Shown here one piece after another: positions 33,705 through 36,190 of a DNA stretch of 36,190 bases. The first letter of the stretch is position 1; each line of letters starts with the position of its first letter. Below the pieces are notes generated by a model. The model worked only from the letters and a program-made list of their open reading frames with translations. It was not told the origin of the DNA and did no database searches. This DNA comes from a virus (taxonomy: Duplodnaviria; Caudoviricetes): positions 1 to 36,190 of IMG/VR virus record IMGVR_UViG_3300028585_000537; one strand, written 5' to 3'. The translations under genes were made by a program, and so were the position numbers.

Positions 33705-34333
33705 ACCAGAACATCAGCACCGCCGTCATGCAGCGCCGTGTCGAACCGCATCACAGCCTGGACGACTATCCCACCCCGCCATGGGCCACCCGCGCGTTGT
33801 GCGAATGGCTGACGGGCCAAGGCTACGCGCTTCAGCACGACACCGTGCGGGAGCCTGCGGCCAATCGTGGCCACATGATGCGACCGCTCCGCGAATACTT
33901 CGCGCAAGTAGAGGCGCCGGACGTCCATGACTATGGCGCCGGGTTTCCCGTTCAGGATTACGTGGGGATGTTGTCGCCACCCGAGGTGGACTGGACGATC
34001 ACGAACCCGCCCTTCCGGTTGGGAGAGGACTTCGCCCGCCGCGCGATCGGTACCAGCACCACCGGATGCGCCCTGATCGTCCGCAGTGCCTTCACCGAAG
34101 GTGTCGGACGCCATCGCTACCTGTTCGACCTCTACCCTCCCCGCGCGATCCTCCAGTTCACCGAGCGCGTCCCGATGAATCGCGGGTGGATGGAAGCCAA
34201 CATGACCATCGCGACGGCCTACTGCTGGATCGTCTGGACGGCAGGCTGGAGCGGTCGCACCGAATTTCACTGGATCGCCCCCTGCCGGAAGCGGCTGGAG
34301 CGGGCAGACGATTACCTGACGGAGGTGCAATAA
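33701..34333 (+). CDS. Orphan DNA amino (likely N6-adenine) methyltransferase
   Basis: DDYPTPPW (X), EPAANRG (I), ITNPPF (IV), TAYCWIVW. Confidence 0.88.
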   Translation: MNQNISTAVMQRRVEPHHSLDDYPTPPWATRALCEWLTGQGYALQHDTVREPAANRGHMMRPLREYFAQVEAPDVHDYGAGFPVQDYVGMLSPPEVDWTITNPPFRLGEDFARRAIGTSTTGCALIVRSAFTEGVGRHRYLFDLYPPRAILQFTERVPMNRGWMEANMTIATAYCWIVWTAGWSGRTEFHWIAPCRKRLERADDYLTEVQ

Positions 34334-34521
34334 TGGGACGTGTAGTGCGCTTTACCGAAGCCGAAGTACGTCGGACTATTAAGGCCGCGCGGGCTGAAGA
34401 TCCCCGTGCTGTCGTCGAGATTGTGACAGCGGCCGGGGTGATCCGTATTCTCCCCGACCAGCCGCGCCAGGCGCAGAAGCAAAATGCAGTTGAAGAGTGG
34501 TTTGCGAATGACAACAGTTAA
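34333..34521 (+). CDS. Putative excisionase/RDF
   Basis: 62 aa, RFTEAEVRRTIKAA; GGAGG RBS; overlaps the integrase start. Confidence 0.6.
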   Translation: MGRVVRFTEAEVRRTIKAARAEDPRAVVEIVTAAGVIRILPDQPRQAQKQNAVEEWFANDNS

Positions 34522-35581
34522 GCTGACCGGCATCCATAAGGTGCGCCAGAAGCTCGCCAATGGTTCGATCCGGGAGTACCACTACGCGTGGCGCGGAAAA
34601 GGTGCGCCGCAATTCTGGTCATCTGAAAGTGACATTCGGATTGGATCCGCCGAATACATAGCCGCGTTGGCCGCCGCCGCTCCGAAGGGGGCCGTCGCCA
34701 AAGGCAAGTTTCGGGAGATCATCCTAACTTACTTGGAAAGCGCCGACTTCACGCATCTTGCCGAGCGCAGCCAAGCCGACATCAGGAAATCTCTCTATCA
34801 TCCCACACATGGTATCGATGCCAAGTTTGGGGATGCACCTGCACGGGCCTTTGACGATCCGCGAATCAGGGCGCAGGTATTGGCATGGCGGGATAAAATA
34901 GGAGGAAAGGTCGGTGACGACCGAGTACGGCACCTTCAGCGAATCATAGGATTCGCACTCGACCGGTCCATGCTTCTGCATCACCGCCTTCAGCGCATCC
35001 GTTCGGTCTATAAATCGAATCGCGCGGAAATCTTCTGGATGCCGGATGAGATCGACACTTTCATCCAAGGTGCCCCGCAGGCAGTGGCACGGATCGTCAT
35101 CGTTGGAACGGAGACTGGCCTTCGTCCCGGAGATCTCCAACAGCTAAGCCGCCAGCATATCCACCGCACGCCGCGCGGCCAGCGCATCGTCATCTTCACA
35201 AAGAAGCGCCGGCGTCTCGCATCGATACCTGTCACGCCCCGCTTGGCCGCCCTACTCGCGGCACTACCCGAGACGCAGGACCACATTCTGGTCAACCAAA
35301 GCGGCAAACCATACCAGCACGAGAATTACTTGGGCGATGCCGTGACGACATGGAGAGACAAGCTGAAGCTGCGGAAGGAATTGCGGCTCTACGACACACG
35401 CGGAACGGCAGCGACGCGGCTGCTGGAGGCGGGTGCAGAACTGAAGGAGATTGCCACACATATGGGATGGTCGATCAAGCACGCCTCAGAGGTCATCGAG
35501 CGATACGTAGCCCTGTCGCCTGGCATGACAGACAGCCTCGCAGAGAAGCTGGATCAGGCCGAACAGAGAACGAAGGTGTAA
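34508..35581 (+). CDS. int: Tyrosine integrase
   Basis: TGLRPGD, LYDTRGT (HxxR variant), HMGW, RYV catalytic Tyr; N-terminal YHYAWRG arm-binding region. Confidence 0.93.
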   Translation: MTTVKLTGIHKVRQKLANGSIREYHYAWRGKGAPQFWSSESDIRIGSAEYIAALAAAAPKGAVAKGKFREIILTYLESADFTHLAERSQADIRKSLYHPTHGIDAKFGDAPARAFDDPRIRAQVLAWRDKIGGKVGDDRVRHLQRIIGFALDRSMLLHHRLQRIRSVYKSNRAEIFWMPDEIDTFIQGAPQAVARIVIVGTETGLRPGDLQQLSRQHIHRTPRGQRIVIFTKKRRRLASIPVTPRLAALLAALPETQDHILVNQSGKPYQHENYLGDAVTTWRDKLKLRKELRLYDTRGTAATRLLEAGAELKEIATHMGWSIKHASEVIERYVALSPGMTDSLAEKLDQAEQRTKV

Positions 35582-35595
35582 AATGACCTGTAAAA
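35577..35595 (+). repeat. Direct repeat TGTAAAA x2 (possible integrase arm-type sites)
   Basis: TGTAAAA-TGACC-TGTAAAA between int and the tRNA 3' end. Confidence 0.45.
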
Positions 35596-35622
35596 CGGGC
35601 ACCCCTGGAAGGTGCTAAGTGG

Positions 35623-35699
35623 TGGTCGGGGCGATAGGATTCGAACCTACGACCTACGGTACCCAAAACCGTCGCGCTACCAGGCTGCGCTACGCCCCG
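35623..35699 (-). tRNA. tRNA-Pro (anticodon TGG); probable attB target
   Basis: CGGGGCGTAGCGCAGCCTGGTAGCGC-GACGGT-TTTGGGT-ACCGT...GGTTCGAATCC...CCCCGACCA, 77 nt with encoded CCA. Confidence 0.97.
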
Positions 35700-35740
35700 A
35701 ACATGTTGCTCCTACCCCGCAAGAACGGGAAAGGAAAGGG

Positions 35741-36190
35741 TCATTCGGCACAGGGCCATGCGGCTGTTGCCTGATCCAGCGAAGGATGGCGCATCGTGCT
35801 GCCCTCCACGATTCCAAGACGCGATGCGAGGCCCGCATTGATCTCCACAACGGCAAGAACATCGTTGCCGCCGTGAATGGGTGTCTCGTCGCCCGGACGG
35901 GCATTCGCATGGACGCGCCGGACCGTGCCTGTCCGGTCCATGAAGATCATGTCCAGCGGGATCAAGGTGTTGCGCATCCAGAAACTGGCACTTTGCGGAC
36001 GTTCGTAAACGAAAAGCATGCCGGCAGAGGCGGGCATGCTTTCGCGGAACATCAGCCCCTTTGCGCGTTCGGATGGATCGTCCGCCAGTTCCACCGAAAA
36101 GCGACTGACACCCTCCGCATTCCGGAATTCCACCTGATCGGCCCTGCATGCCGCATTCGCGGCGAAAGGGGCCATCAGGCTCAGGATCAA
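35741..36190 (-). CDS. DUF192 family protein (host; 5' end probably outside window)
   Basis: VELAD...RAKGLMFR..GMLF..FWMRNTLIPLDMIF..VEINAG. Confidence 0.92.
   Translation of the reverse strand: MILSLMAPFAANAACRADQVEFRNAEGVSRFSVELADDPSERAKGLMFRESMPASAGMLFVYERPQSASFWMRNTLIPLDMIFMDRTGTVRRVHANARPGDETPIHGGNDVLAVVEINAGLASRLGIVEGSTMRHPSLDQATAAWPCAE

Larger units (their letters stand above)
2144..35622. mobile_element. Lambda-like siphoviral prophage integrated at tRNA-Pro; left boundary uncertain (probably extends further left)
   Basis: Ordered integrase, early, immunity, replication, packaging, head and tail modules; integrase stop lies about 40 bp from the tRNA 3' end. Confidence 0.95.

Overview
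Almost the whole window is a lambda-like siphoviral prophage of an alphaproteobacterium, probably Rhodobacterales/Paracoccus-like (inferred from gene content and high GC). It sits at the 3' end of a tRNA-Pro(UGG) gene (35623-35699, minus strand), next to a host DUF192 gene. From right to left: integrase and excisionase; an early operon with two orphan DNA methyltransferases, a GcrA-like HTH protein and a DUF2303 gene; the cI/cro switch with four operator copies; a SLATT-like two-gene cassette behind cI; replication genes with an iteron/DnaA-box origin; a late regulator; two antisense morons; a lambda-like cos; terminase; portal; a ClpP-capsid fusion; tail genes with a -1 frameshifted chaperone and a GNAT; and fibre genes with an alpha/beta-hydrolase tip. 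The left ~2.1 kb holds small accessory ORFs, a relic duplicate of the last late gene and the right end of an IS66 element. I found no endolysin and no attL. The most notable pattern is that the prophage appears linked to the host cell-cycle circuit: a DnaA box at the origin, CtrA-like boxes before morons, and GcrA-like and possibly CcrM-mimicking genes. All product calls come from motif recognition and synteny by eye; no database searches were run.
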